A stretch of DNA of 64,000 nt from a virus. The notes below the pieces were generated by a model. That model saw only the letters and a list, made by a program, of their open reading frames with translations, searched no databases and was not told the origin of the DNA. The number at the start of each line of letters is the position of its first letter. The first letter of the stretch is position 1. The stretch lies in IMG/VR virus record IMGVR_UViG_3300036852_000134, positions 18,865 through 82,864 of that record, one strand, 5' to 3'. Both the position numbers and the translations under genes were made by a program. Positions 35,219 through 43,574 of this stretch are shown one piece after another.

Positions 35219-35596
35219 ATGACCGCTCCCCATCCTTGGCGCCACGAGCCGCGCAAGCGGCTCACAGACCAGCAGCGCGCGGAGATATTCTTGGAGCGTG
35301 GCGGGAAATGCCACCGCTGCGAGCGCAAGCTGAGGTCCGGCGACCGCTGGCAATTGGACCACATCATCGCCCTTGAGAATGGCGGCAAGGATGAGCCTGC
35401 CAATCTCGCTCCGTGCTGTGACTGGTGCCACAAGGGGAAGACGGCTGAGGATCATGGGAAGGCTGCCAAGGGGCGAGCTGTGGCGACCTCCTGCATCATT
35501 CCCACGAGCCAGAGGCAGAAGAAGGGTCGGCCGATGGCCGGCTCGAAAGCTTCCGGCTGGCGCAAGCGCATGGATGGAACGGTGGAACGACGTTGA
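35219..35596 (+). CDS. HNH endonuclease
   Basis: CHRC, WQLDHIIALENGG.D...NLAPCCDWCHKGKT..D. Confidence 0.88.
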   Translation: MTAPHPWRHEPRKRLTDQQRAEIFLERGGKCHRCERKLRSGDRWQLDHIIALENGGKDEPANLAPCCDWCHKGKTAEDHGKAAKGRAVATSCIIPTSQRQKKGRPMAGSKASGWRKRMDGTVERR

Positions 35597-35805
35597 TGCA
35601 ACCAGGGAAATCGCGCCGCAAGAACGCAAGAGTAAAATTGCCGATCCGGCATGCGCACGAACTGGAGGCGACGCTTCACAACGTGCGGGAGTTCTGTGGG
35701 ATGCACGGAGCCGGCGAGGAGCTGATGTCGCACATTCGCTCTTGCGAGCAGAACGTCAAACGGGCTGTCGCGGATCGAGACCGTGTGATCGGGAAGTCAG
35801 ATTGA
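35593..35805 (+). CDS. Hypothetical protein
   Basis: Coupled. Confidence 0.5.
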   Translation: MMQPGKSRRKNARVKLPIRHAHELEATLHNVREFCGMHGAGEELMSHIRSCEQNVKRAVADRDRVIGKSD

Positions 35806-35907
35806 GTTTCCTCTGACGCGGGGCAGAGGGGAAGGCGGCCGGCGCCGCTGGGTATCACAGAGGCCAATGTGATGGCGTCGGCCGCCTGAATTACATGGAG
35901 AGGGAAG

Positions 35908-36108
35908 ATGGGCGAGACCGTAACGATCAGTCTCAAAGAGGATCGCAAGTGCGCCGAGTGCGGCAAGGGCTGGGCGGCCCAAAGCGGCCTCTGCCTCAAG
36001 TGCGTCCACAAGGCCATGACGTTCACCAAGGCTATGAAGTCGGAGCTTGGGCGTGCTCTGCAGGCGCGCTACCGCAAGATATTCGGTAAGGCAGAGCGGG
36101 GAGGCTGA
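35908..36108 (+). CDS. Small zinc-finger-like protein
   Basis: CAECG...CLKC. Confidence 0.55.
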   Translation: MGETVTISLKEDRKCAECGKGWAAQSGLCLKCVHKAMTFTKAMKSELGRALQARYRKIFGKAERGG

Positions 36109-36117
36109 GCTAGGGCC

Positions 36118-36459
36118 ATGGCCGAACCTGCCACTCTGATGACGGAGGCCGACTTGGCAACGCTGCTCAACTGCAGCCGCCAAAAGGTACGTCGCCTCCC
36201 GATCCGAGGTGTCTACCTCAAGCCGGACCGAAAGCGCGACAGGCGCTATAACCGGGAGGATGTGAACAAGTACCTGCGTAGCATCGGGATCAAGCCATGT
36301 CCATCGGAAGGCCCAAAAACTCGCCGTTCTATCACTACGACTTCCGCATTCGCGGACACCGATTTCGCGGGAGCACTGGAGAGGCTACCGAGCGCCAGGC
36401 GAAAGCCTTCGAGCGATCAGAGAAAGAGCGCCGACGTGCTGAAATTAGAGCCGGCATAA
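36118..36459 (+). CDS. xis: Excisionase (HTH) overlapping int
   Basis: LMTEADLATLLNCS...RRYNREDV..YL; overlaps the integrase 5' end. Confidence 0.7.
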   Translation: MAEPATLMTEADLATLLNCSRQKVRRLPIRGVYLKPDRKRDRRYNREDVNKYLRSIGIKPCPSEGPKTRRSITTTSAFADTDFAGALERLPSARRKPSSDQRKSADVLKLEPA

Positions 36460-37352
36460 CACAGGCGAATACCCCCACCATTGCTGGCGTGTTCGTTAGG
36501 TACTGGGAGGCTGAGGGCCACAAGAAGGGTTGGGCCTACGGCATACAGAAGCACATGCAAGGCATGCTGGCATTCTTCGGGAAGGATCGGTTGTTCGGGG
36601 AACTCGGCAACGCCGATGTGGCGTCTATGCTTGAAGCCTATGAGGCATCCACCGAGCGTAATAACCGTGGCGGGAAAACGACGCGTCCCGGTAAACCGAC
36701 GCCGAGCACAGCCAATAGACGTCTCGCCGTGCTGCGTCGAATATATAATAAGGCGCGTATCGAATGGGAGTTGTCGGTCAAAACCATAAACTGGAAAGCG
36801 CACACACGCGCAGAACCGAAAGAGCGCGTGCGTCACATCACGGTCGAGCAGGCCAAGACGCTACTGGATCGTCTGCCAAACCACATCATGATCATGGTGG
36901 CCTGGTCGCTGGCGACGGGCTGCAGGTTGAACGAGACAGAGACCTTGACGTGGGTGCGCGTCAACTTCGAGACGGTTCAGGCTGAGGTGCTGACCAAGGG
37001 CGGCGGAACAAGGTTCGTGACGTTGGGGCCTGATGCGCTCGCCGTGCTCGCCCTATGTGATCGCAACCGGGGCCACGTGTTCGACCGCACCAACCGACGC
37101 AAGCTGTGGGAGGCGGCAGTGAAGGCGGCAGGGCTAGAGGACTTCCGCTGGCACGATTTGCGCCACTGCTTCGCGGTGTGGGTCGGTAACGCCGGAGCTG
37201 ACATCGCGGTCGTGCAGCAGCTCCTTGGTCACAGCAAGATCGAGACGACGCTGCGCTATAGGAAGGTCATCACGGCGGAGAGGGCACGGGCGGTGCAGAA
37301 CCTGCCGACACTGATCGAAGGGACTGTGGTGCCGATGAAGGTCAAGCAATGA
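36297..37352 (+). CDS. int: Tyrosine integrase
   Basis: TGCRLNE, TKGG, WHDLRH, LLGHSKIETTLRY. Confidence 0.95.
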   Translation: MSIGRPKNSPFYHYDFRIRGHRFRGSTGEATERQAKAFERSEKERRRAEIRAGITQANTPTIAGVFVRYWEAEGHKKGWAYGIQKHMQGMLAFFGKDRLFGELGNADVASMLEAYEASTERNNRGGKTTRPGKPTPSTANRRLAVLRRIYNKARIEWELSVKTINWKAHTRAEPKERVRHITVEQAKTLLDRLPNHIMIMVAWSLATGCRLNETETLTWVRVNFETVQAEVLTKGGGTRFVTLGPDALAVLALCDRNRGHVFDRTNRRKLWEAAVKAAGLEDFRWHDLRHCFAVWVGNAGADIAVVQQLLGHSKIETTLRYRKVITAERARAVQNLPTLIEGTVVPMKVKQ

Positions 37353-37361
37353 AGGAGCCTC

Positions 37362-37583
37362 ATGACCGATAACACAAAACAGGCCAATGGCCGACATGAC
37401 TACCTAATGCAGTTCTTTGCCTATGCGCATCTCCCGCCGCATCTTCAGGAGATCAGCAAGCCGTTCGGAGAATTGGCGCAGCAGCTTGTTGATACGCTGC
37501 CGTCCAACCCCGAGCGCTCGGCAGGCCTGCGCAAACTGCTGGAGGCCAAAGACTGCTTCGTGCGCGCGAAGCTGTTCAAATGA
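37362..37583 (+). CDS. Conserved small phage helical-hairpin protein (possibly Acb2/Tad1-hairpin-like)
   Basis: FFAYAHLPPHLQ..SKPF..LA......P..PE.S.GLRKLLEAKDC.VRA. Confidence 0.7.
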   Translation: MTDNTKQANGRHDYLMQFFAYAHLPPHLQEISKPFGELAQQLVDTLPSNPERSAGLRKLLEAKDCFVRAKLFK

Positions 37584-37587
37584 GGAA

Positions 37588-38433
37588 ATGTCAGCTGTGA
37601 CGCCTCATGGCATTCAGGACGATATGGCCAAGCTGCGAACCTTGTTCGGCGAGAATCTGTTCGACAGATTCTCGCCCGAGGCGTGGCAACTGGCGGAGCA
37701 CATGCTGGAGCGGTCCGTGGTGTTTGAGTACGGGCCGGCGACGCCATCGGTTGAGCACACCCAGTTCGGCAGCGACCTTTTCGACAAGCAGCTCTTCCGG
37801 CTCCCATTCAAGGCGGTGTTCTACATCGCCAACGCCATCCCCAAGAGCGCGATACTCGCCTACGAGGCCGAGGAAGATGACGGCTACAAGCTTTGCATGA
37901 TCACGTTCGGGCCTGTCGGCATCCAAGGTCACGACACGTTCTTGGTGGCGCCGCTTCTGACGGCGCGCATGCGCTGGGATGCGGAGAAGGGTGGCTGGAT
38001 CGACTGGAAGTCATGCACAGCCGGTCAGAGCCATCACTCGCGCAAGACTGGGCGCAAGTGGGAAGAGGAAGACTACGAGGCCGCCATCGACCGCGTGATA
38101 AACTTCACGATGGGCGCAACCGCACTGCTGATGTCCAAAGAAGTGACGACGGATGTCGTGCCCGCACCTGATAGGCTGAACAAGCAGAGAGAGGCGAAGG
38201 GCCGGCTACCGATCCGGGAGAGGCGCGTCATCCGCATCCGGCCAGAGTACAAGGTGGCACACGCTAGATCGGCGGAGGGCTTTAATAGCCGCTCCTCGCC
38301 TCGCATGCATTGGCGGCGAGGTCACTTCCGTCGCGTTCGAGAGGATTTGGTAATACCGATCGCACCCATGTTGATCAATGCGACGGAAGACGCCAAGCCG
38401 CTGGCGAAGAAATACGTGTTCTCGCAACCATAG
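37588..38433 (+). CDS. Conserved phage hypothetical protein
   Basis: C-terminal SPRMHWRRGHFRR motif. Confidence 0.75.
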   Translation: MSAVTPHGIQDDMAKLRTLFGENLFDRFSPEAWQLAEHMLERSVVFEYGPATPSVEHTQFGSDLFDKQLFRLPFKAVFYIANAIPKSAILAYEAEEDDGYKLCMITFGPVGIQGHDTFLVAPLLTARMRWDAEKGGWIDWKSCTAGQSHHSRKTGRKWEEEDYEAAIDRVINFTMGATALLMSKEVTTDVVPAPDRLNKQREAKGRLPIRERRVIRIRPEYKVAHARSAEGFNSRSSPRMHWRRGHFRRVREDLVIPIAPMLINATEDAKPLAKKYVFSQP

Positions 38434-38540
38434 TGAGGCCAACCAACCGACGCACGGATTTACCTCATAAGTACCCGCAGCGTTTCGTCTAGCTAGATAA
38501 GCACCAGTATTTACTAGCGTTTCTGAAGCAGGCCACAGGT

Positions 38541-38579
38541 TCCACAATCTAGCGCTCTAACCAGCTGAGCTAAGGCGGC
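38541..38579 (-). other. attP core: 5' half of tRNA-His(GUG), truncated at the anticodon loop
   Basis: GCCGCCTTAGCTCAGCTGGTTAGAGCGCTAGA-TTGTGGA with no 3' half; AT-rich flank; ~1.2 kb from int. Confidence 0.85.
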
Positions 38580-38670
38580 TTACCAATGAAATCAGGGGGT
38601 TCCTACCACGACATGGCCCGCAACGTCCATGCCCAGATTCGCGCAGACGTATCGAGAACGGCTGCAGAGA

Positions 38671-38692
38671 GTCACCGCACAAGTTACCGCAC
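38671..38692. repeat. Possible integrase arm-type direct repeat
   Basis: GTCACCGCAC-AA-GTTACCGCAC ~90 bp from the core; weaker matches at ~38459-38481. Confidence 0.45.
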
Positions 38693-38769
38693 CTGGTTCA
38701 CGGTTTGATCCGAGTTGTATCGTCAGGCGCTCCTGCCTGACGGGGGATAAGGGAAATTGGAGGAGGAAG

Positions 38770-38985
38770 ATGAGCGAGCTGCACCACATGGACGAGCGAC
38801 GATACATCGTTGAAGAGCCGGTGGGCCGTGTCCGGTGGGTCGAGCGTGATGGTTACCGCGTCCTGCAGCAACGCTGGGCAGTCAAGGAGTACGACGCCAA
38901 GCACAACTGCATCGGCGTGACCGGCGAATGGAAGGACGTACCGGTTGAGGCCGACGAAGACTACCACCCTGGGGATCATCCATGA
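38770..38985 (+). CDS. Hypothetical protein
   Basis: GGAGGAGG RBS; VLQQRW...EWKDVP. Confidence 0.65.
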   Translation: MSELHHMDERRYIVEEPVGRVRWVERDGYRVLQQRWAVKEYDAKHNCIGVTGEWKDVPVEADEDYHPGDHP

Positions 38986-39362
38986 CCCCCACATCAGAAC
39001 CATCTCCACCGGGAGAGACGGAAAACATCGAAGCCGATATCACGGAGAGACTCCAGCGTGCGGCTCCGTTCATGCGTGCGACGGGCAACGCGGGAATCGT
39101 CGGACAGCACGCGAACACATGCGAGGAAGCGGCGTCAGTAATTGACGACCTGCGCCGCCAGAAGACCGGCCTAGAGGCTCTCCTAGTCGATGCGCAGGAG
39201 GAGATCGCAGCGGCCGAAATGACAATCGCTGACCTCCAAGTCGCCCGAGAAGAGATGCGCGCCGCGCTACGGCCTTTCGCGAACGAGCACCGATGGGCGA
39301 GCATTGCCCCACGGGCGGCTTTCGCCAGAGCGGCCGAGCTCGTGCCGGAAGAGAACACCTGA
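38982..39362 (+). CDS. Coiled-coil hypothetical protein
   Basis: DITERL.., RAALRPFA. Confidence 0.65.
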   Translation: MTPTSEPSPPGETENIEADITERLQRAAPFMRATGNAGIVGQHANTCEEAASVIDDLRRQKTGLEALLVDAQEEIAAAEMTIADLQVAREEMRAALRPFANEHRWASIAPRAAFARAAELVPEENT

Positions 39363-39422
39363 TTTCGCGTCGAGTCTCCTAGTTGCGTACGTGTCTAAAC
39401 TGAACCAACTCGGAGCATAAAA

Positions 39423-40034
39423 ATGCTACTTAGGGACAAGATCGCCGCCGTGATCGCGGTGGCCATTCTCGCCGTCGGCTATTGCCACGATGCCTTCGCC
39501 GATGGGCCTACCAAGACCGCCTCCATCCTGCCTGAGATCCCCGGCGTAACGGTGAAGGGTGGGTGGACCGGCTGCGGCGTTGGCGTCAGCGGTGCCGGGG
39601 TCATTGGTCAAGCTGACTTTGGCGCTCCCGTCAATATCTCCTCGGAAGGCCAACTCGTCAGCGTCCTGCTCGCATGCGACGTGCAGGCGGGACAGATGGT
39701 GTTCGGCGGAGCCATTGAGCACGGCTGGTTCTTCGGCGATCTGAACAAGATCGGCCTCGATACCGATCTGACAATCCGGGGGCGGGCCGGGTTCCTTATC
39801 GCCCCCAACACGCTCCTGTTCGGTCACGCCGGCTGGTCTCGCGTCGAGACCACGGGCGCCGGCAGCATCGACGGTTGGAAGTTCGGTCCCGGAATCTCCA
39901 TCAAGCTTCCGAACTCCTCTGCGTTCCTCGACTTCCGGTACGACTACGGAGTGTGGGACTCGCCTTTTAGCGGTGTTGATCTGACCTCGCATGCCGCAGT
40001 CGTTTCGCTGACGTTTAAGTTCGGCGCGAAGTAA
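39423..40034 (+). CDS. Outer-membrane 8-stranded beta-barrel (Omp25/RopB-like)
   Basis: Signal peptide, GWTG.GVG, RGRAGF, LL.GHAGW, GW.FG.G, C-terminal LTFKF. Confidence 0.8.
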   Translation: MLLRDKIAAVIAVAILAVGYCHDAFADGPTKTASILPEIPGVTVKGGWTGCGVGVSGAGVIGQADFGAPVNISSEGQLVSVLLACDVQAGQMVFGGAIEHGWFFGDLNKIGLDTDLTIRGRAGFLIAPNTLLFGHAGWSRVETTGAGSIDGWKFGPGISIKLPNSSAFLDFRYDYGVWDSPFSGVDLTSHAAVVSLTFKFGAK

Positions 40035-40063
40035 GCGCGTTTCGCTCTTTCCCATCGTAGACG

Positions 40064-40105
40064 CAACAAAGGCGCCGCCTCACGACCGAGGCGGCGCCTA
40101 TATAT
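40064..40105. terminator. Terminator between the convergent omp gene and the small-gene array
   Basis: AGGCGCCGCCTC/GAGGCGGCGCCT stem; T-rich tail on the minus strand. Confidence 0.75.
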
Positions 40106-40130
40106 AGCAGGATTCCCGGATAACTGCTCC

Positions 40131-40229
40131 TCATCCCTCGTGGCCGATCATCCGCAGCCACTTGCGCAAATCACGCACCAGCCAGAACAGGTGCCACCGC
40201 ACCATCAGTCGAGCCCAAATCCGGCGCAT
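40131..40229 (-). CDS. 32-aa W/R-rich peptide
   Basis: GGGAG RBS; ends with the array junction motif. Confidence 0.5.
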   Translation of the reverse strand: MRRIWARLMVRWHLFWLVRDLRKWLRMIGHEG

Positions 40230-40240
40230 TGGTCGCTCCC

Positions 40241-40444
40241 TCACCTATCCAAGTACTTCCGCAACAGCACCGCCTCATGCTCTGGCAGCGGCGAGAAGAT
40301 GCGCAGCACGTCGGCGCCCCTCATCGCCTTGGACTCATCGACCGGGCGGCAGTCGCATGCCTTGCTGCGGTCCTGCACAAACGGGCACTTCACCGCATGG
40401 CGGAGACCGTCGATCACGTTGTCGGCCATGGCCTCCTTATCCAT
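40241..40444 (-). CDS. Hypothetical protein
   Basis: Array gene; H..KC...CDC. Confidence 0.55.
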   Translation of the reverse strand: MDKEAMADNVIDGLRHAVKCPFVQDRSKACDCRPVDESKAMRGADVLRIFSPLPEHEAVLLRKYLDR

Positions 40445-40655
40445 TCAGCGGATCGTGTCGAACGATGTTACCCGCGTCGTCGTACTGGTCGCCGTGGCTC
40501 GATTGCGTGCGCCCGATAGAAGCGTTCAGCGCATTACTGATGCTCATGAAGCGCCCGCGAAGATAACCGTCCATGGCTGTCCCGAGCGTGGCCGCAATGT
40601 GTGCCGTTTGGTAGACGACACGCTTCAAGCGCTCGACCTCTGCCTTGTCGTCCAT
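40437..40655 (-). CDS. Hypothetical protein
   Basis: TGAGGAGCCATG junction. Confidence 0.6.
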   Translation of the reverse strand: MDDKAEVERLKRVVYQTAHIAATLGTAMDGYLRGRFMSISNALNASIGRTQSSHGDQYDDAGNIVRHDPLNG

Positions 40656-40661
40656 GGCTCC

Positions 40662-40844
40662 TCACCCAACCTTGCGCTTGTCTGCCCGCGCGAAGAACTC
40701 GCGCTCCCACGCATCGAGCGCATCCCGGTACCGCCGATCGGCGTCAAGGAATTGGGACTGCGCCCAGGACAGCCGCTCGCGCGCCTCTTCCATCGCTGCC
40801 TTCGCCCTCTGCACCCGCTCTGCGGTGTAGGTCGATACGCTCAT
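40662..40844 (-). CDS. Coiled-coil hypothetical protein
   Basis: TGAGGAGCCAATG junction. Confidence 0.6.
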   Translation of the reverse strand: MSVSTYTAERVQRAKAAMEEARERLSWAQSQFLDADRRYRDALDAWEREFFARADKRKVG

Positions 40845-41124
40845 TGGCTCCTCATCCCTCTTGGTTCAGTAGCGCCCGTGCTCTCTTCAGCGCGTCGGCA
40901 TGCGAGCCGCAGGAGTACACTACGCCGTCTACAGTGCTGAGGTCGGCGTACATGCACATCGCACGGAGCACCGCGCGCAGGTCATCAACTTCCTGGCGTG
41001 TGGTGTCGAGCGCTTCCTCCATCTTGACGAGGTCGTGACGCGCGGCTGCGAGGGCGACTTCGGCGTCTACCGCCCGCAATGCAAGGCGGGTGCTTCTCTC
41101 TTCCTGGGTCTCGGCCATTGGCTC
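40842..41124. repeat. ~283-bp direct repeat, copy 1
   Basis: Near-identical to 43860..44142 (offset 3018). Confidence 0.95.
40852..41118 (-). CDS. Hypothetical protein (paralogue of 43870..44136)
   Basis: MAETQEERSTR...; four aa differences between copies. Confidence 0.7.
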   Translation of the reverse strand: MAETQEERSTRLALRAVDAEVALAAARHDLVKMEEALDTTRQEVDDLRAVLRAMCMYADLSTVDGVVYSCGSHADALKRARALLNQEG

Positions 41125-41125
41125 G

Positions 41126-41389
41126 CTATCCTTGCTTGAGATTGCCAATCGTTAGGCCGCTCGCGGCCTTCACCGCTTCGAAGATGTGCGTAGCATCATC
41201 GCCTGTCGGCCCATGGTAGCTGTAGGCGCCAGGCACGGTGCAAATGTCCCAACCCTTGATCGCTTCCCAGATCGCCTGCCAGACGGGGTCGGCATGCAGG
41301 CTCTTGATATACTCGGTGGAATACTCCTTGCGGCCCATGGCGCGCTCCGTGCTGGCGACGGCTTCCTGCGGGTTGTCTGTCGGCATCAT
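41126..41389 (-). CDS. Hypothetical protein
   Basis: AIWEAIKGWDI...GPTGDD..HI. Confidence 0.65.
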   Translation of the reverse strand: MMPTDNPQEAVASTERAMGRKEYSTEYIKSLHADPVWQAIWEAIKGWDICTVPGAYSYHGPTGDDATHIFEAVKAASGLTIGNLKQG

Positions 41390-41398
41390 TTGTCTCTC

Positions 41399-41569
41399 CT
41401 ATTCCTTCCTATCGAGTGCAGAGGCAATCACCGTCCAGGCGACAGACGCTGCCAGACCGACGAACAGCCCAAAAGCAATGTGCTTGGCCTCAAAGCCAAA
41501 CCCGCTGAGCAGAGCCACCATCACGGCGCTAGAGCCAACCCCGAGTGTGAACCCAAGTCGCCATTCCAT
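41399..41569 (-). CDS. Small two-TM protein
   Basis: Hydrophobic; TAGGGAG junction. Confidence 0.55.
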   Translation of the reverse strand: MEWRLGFTLGVGSSAVMVALLSGFGFEAKHIAFGLFVGLAASVAWTVIASALDRKE

Positions 41570-41580
41570 CTGCTCGCTCC

Positions 41581-41793
41581 CTACGGACACATGTAGCGGT
41601 CAAAGAACCCGGCGATACCGGTGCGCGGTGGGTCAAGATAGCGAGCCGCATAGGCTCGACTTGCCTCGTTGTAACGCCGCTGCGCATGGATCAGGTCGGA
41701 CTGCGCCTTCGCATAGCGTTCGCTCGCTTGGTCTAACTCCTCCTTGGCTTGGCGGAGGTGCTCATCCGAGCCGGTCGCTACGGGCTTGCTCAT
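41581..41793 (-). CDS. Coiled-coil hypothetical protein
   Basis: TGAGGAG junction. Confidence 0.55.
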   Translation of the reverse strand: MSKPVATGSDEHLRQAKEELDQASERYAKAQSDLIHAQRRYNEASRAYAARYLDPPRTGIAGFFDRYMCP

Positions 41794-41801
41794 GGTGCTC
41801 C

Positions 41802-42059
41802 TCATCTCTTGCCGTTATGACGCACCAGGGCACTGATGGCCGGCAACACGTCCGCCATCACCGCATGCGGGTCTCGATGCGAGAGGATCAGCCCAAGCAC
41901 ATCTGGACTGCTAACCCGCAAGCCGCCGTCCTCCCTGCGCTCGCACACGAGCGTGAACCTCTCCAAAGGCACGGCGCACCCGCACGTCTCCGGGTGCCCA
42001 TAGCAGCTGTGGGGGTGATACGGGCATAGGCAATCAGCTGGCATCCCGGCTCTCCTCAT
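41802..42059 (-). CDS. Cys-rich N-terminus plus HicB-like domain
   Basis: ERREDGGLRVSSPDVLGLILS. Confidence 0.5.
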   Translation of the reverse strand: MRRAGMPADCLCPYHPHSCYGHPETCGCAVPLERFTLVCERREDGGLRVSSPDVLGLILSHRDPHAVMADVLPAISALVRHNGKR

Positions 42060-42061
42060 CC

Positions 42062-42262
42062 TCACAACCCGCCCAGCGCCGCACGGGCGCGCTCAGGTAC
42101 GGCGTGGTCACAGCCCTCCATGCCCCGACAAATCGGGCACGGCAGCCATGGATACCCTGGGATCTTCCTCAACATCTCGGCTACGCGCTCTCGCTGGTCG
42201 GCATCGATCAATGCGATAATCTCGCGCCGAGATGTCTCTTTGAGACCGTCGATCAAACCCAT
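42062..42262 (-). CDS. Hypothetical protein with CPIC..CDH
   Basis: TAGGGAGAGG junction. Confidence 0.55.
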   Translation of the reverse strand: MGLIDGLKETSRREIIALIDADQRERVAEMLRKIPGYPWLPCPICRGMEGCDHAVPERARAALGGL

Positions 42263-42272
42263 CTGCCTCTCC

Positions 42273-42557
42273 CTATCCTATTGGCTCGATACCTGGTTGC
42301 TTGGCGCACCACTCACACCACGCAACGTGCATTTCTAGCGGCACTCGAAACTCAGGCACTCGTATCTCGCCAAGGTGGTCGTGCCCCACAAGGCGACCTG
42401 GCAACCGCTCAACGAGCCCGTGGTTGACGAGCCATTCCAGCGTCGTCTCGTGGCAGGACGGCCGCTGACCCGTCGCGACGGCTTCAAAGGCCCTCACGTG
42501 ACTGCGCCGCCCGCCAGCCTCTAATACCGGATGCCGCATATCAGCGCTCCCAGCCAT
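42273..42557 (-). CDS. Hypothetical protein
   Basis: H.AWCEWC motif. Confidence 0.55.
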   Translation of the reverse strand: MAGSADMRHPVLEAGGRRSHVRAFEAVATGQRPSCHETTLEWLVNHGLVERLPGRLVGHDHLGEIRVPEFRVPLEMHVAWCEWCAKQPGIEPIG

Positions 42558-42574
42558 CGGCTCCAAATCCTTGC

Positions 42575-43561
42575 TCAGGTTTCTGCAAATAGGTCCATCG
42601 TCTCGGTGTCCCGCTGCGATGGCCGCGTCGTCTTGATGCTCGCGTCGTAGTCCTCAAACCGCACGGCCCGATAGAGCCCGGTCACCACCCAGCGCTGAAA
42701 CCGCTTCAGGTCTTTGCGCTGGTGATCGTAGACCATGGGGTAAGGCCGAATGCCCCGCTCGACCATCCGGTGGAAGCGGTGCCAGATGCGGTCCCAGGTC
42801 TCGCGTTTGTCGTAGCCGATCAGCATGTAGGCCATCAGCTGCCTGCCAGGCACGCCGACAGCCTCCAGGGTATCGACGCCGCGGAAGAACACCTCCTCGT
42901 CCTTGAGGTTGTCCCAGGCGGTGTAGAGCCGTCGCCGGCCGAAGCCGTCATCGCGATACTCGATACTGGCGATCGCCGCGGCGACCTCGGGCGTCATGGC
43001 CCGTACGTTGATGCCCTGTGTGAAGGACACCCGGAAACCGCCAGCCCTGATCTCGGCCACGCGTTCACGCCACTCCGGCCCGCCGAAGAAGTCGTTGTCG
43101 AGCAGGTGCAGGTGCTTCGGCCACGGCACGCCACGCCAGATGCCGGCGATGGTGTTCTCGTGCCGCGGCTTGCCCTCCTTGGCCGGTACCACGCAGAACT
43201 TGCAGGCGAGACGGCACCCACGTTGCGTGAAGCCGATGCTGGCGTCGAAATCAGGGTAGAGGCTGTAGTCGAGCGCCTGGCTCTCGCCCACGATCGGATC
43301 GACCGTCGCCGAGCTCGCCGTGCCGGTCCCGCCGATGATGGCATCGGGAAACTCCAGTCGCATGCGCTCAACGCGAGCCTCGGAGAACTTGAAGATCGCG
43401 CTGGCGTAGACGTGCGCGTAGGCCGGCTCGTCGAGATGCCGGTACGGCGTGCGCGTGAAGTGGATATCGTCACCCCGCGCACGATGGAAGCCGGCCAAGC
43501 GCATCAGCGCGAGGTTCGGCAGCTTTCCATCTAGCTGGGTGATGCGCACGGCTGGCACCAA
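42575..43561 (-). CDS. Radical SAM protein
   Basis: TQRGCRLACKFCVVP (CX3CX2C); DGKLPNLALM; LLDNDF. Confidence 0.9.
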   Translation of the reverse strand: MVPAVRITQLDGKLPNLALMRLAGFHRARGDDIHFTRTPYRHLDEPAYAHVYASAIFKFSEARVERMRLEFPDAIIGGTGTASSATVDPIVGESQALDYSLYPDFDASIGFTQRGCRLACKFCVVPAKEGKPRHENTIAGIWRGVPWPKHLHLLDNDFFGGPEWRERVAEIRAGGFRVSFTQGINVRAMTPEVAAAIASIEYRDDGFGRRRLYTAWDNLKDEEVFFRGVDTLEAVGVPGRQLMAYMLIGYDKRETWDRIWHRFHRMVERGIRPYPMVYDHQRKDLKRFQRWVVTGLYRAVRFEDYDASIKTTRPSQRDTETMDLFAET

Positions 43562-43574
43562 CGGGCTCCCTTTC

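Noticed and set aside
38500-38579. Complete tRNA-His gene
   Set aside because: The sequence after the anticodon loop cannot form the anticodon stem, T-arm or acceptor stem; it is an att fragment.
38541-38579. Prophage boundary (attL/attR)
   Set aside because: Phage genes continue on both sides and no host housekeeping genes appear, so attP fits better.
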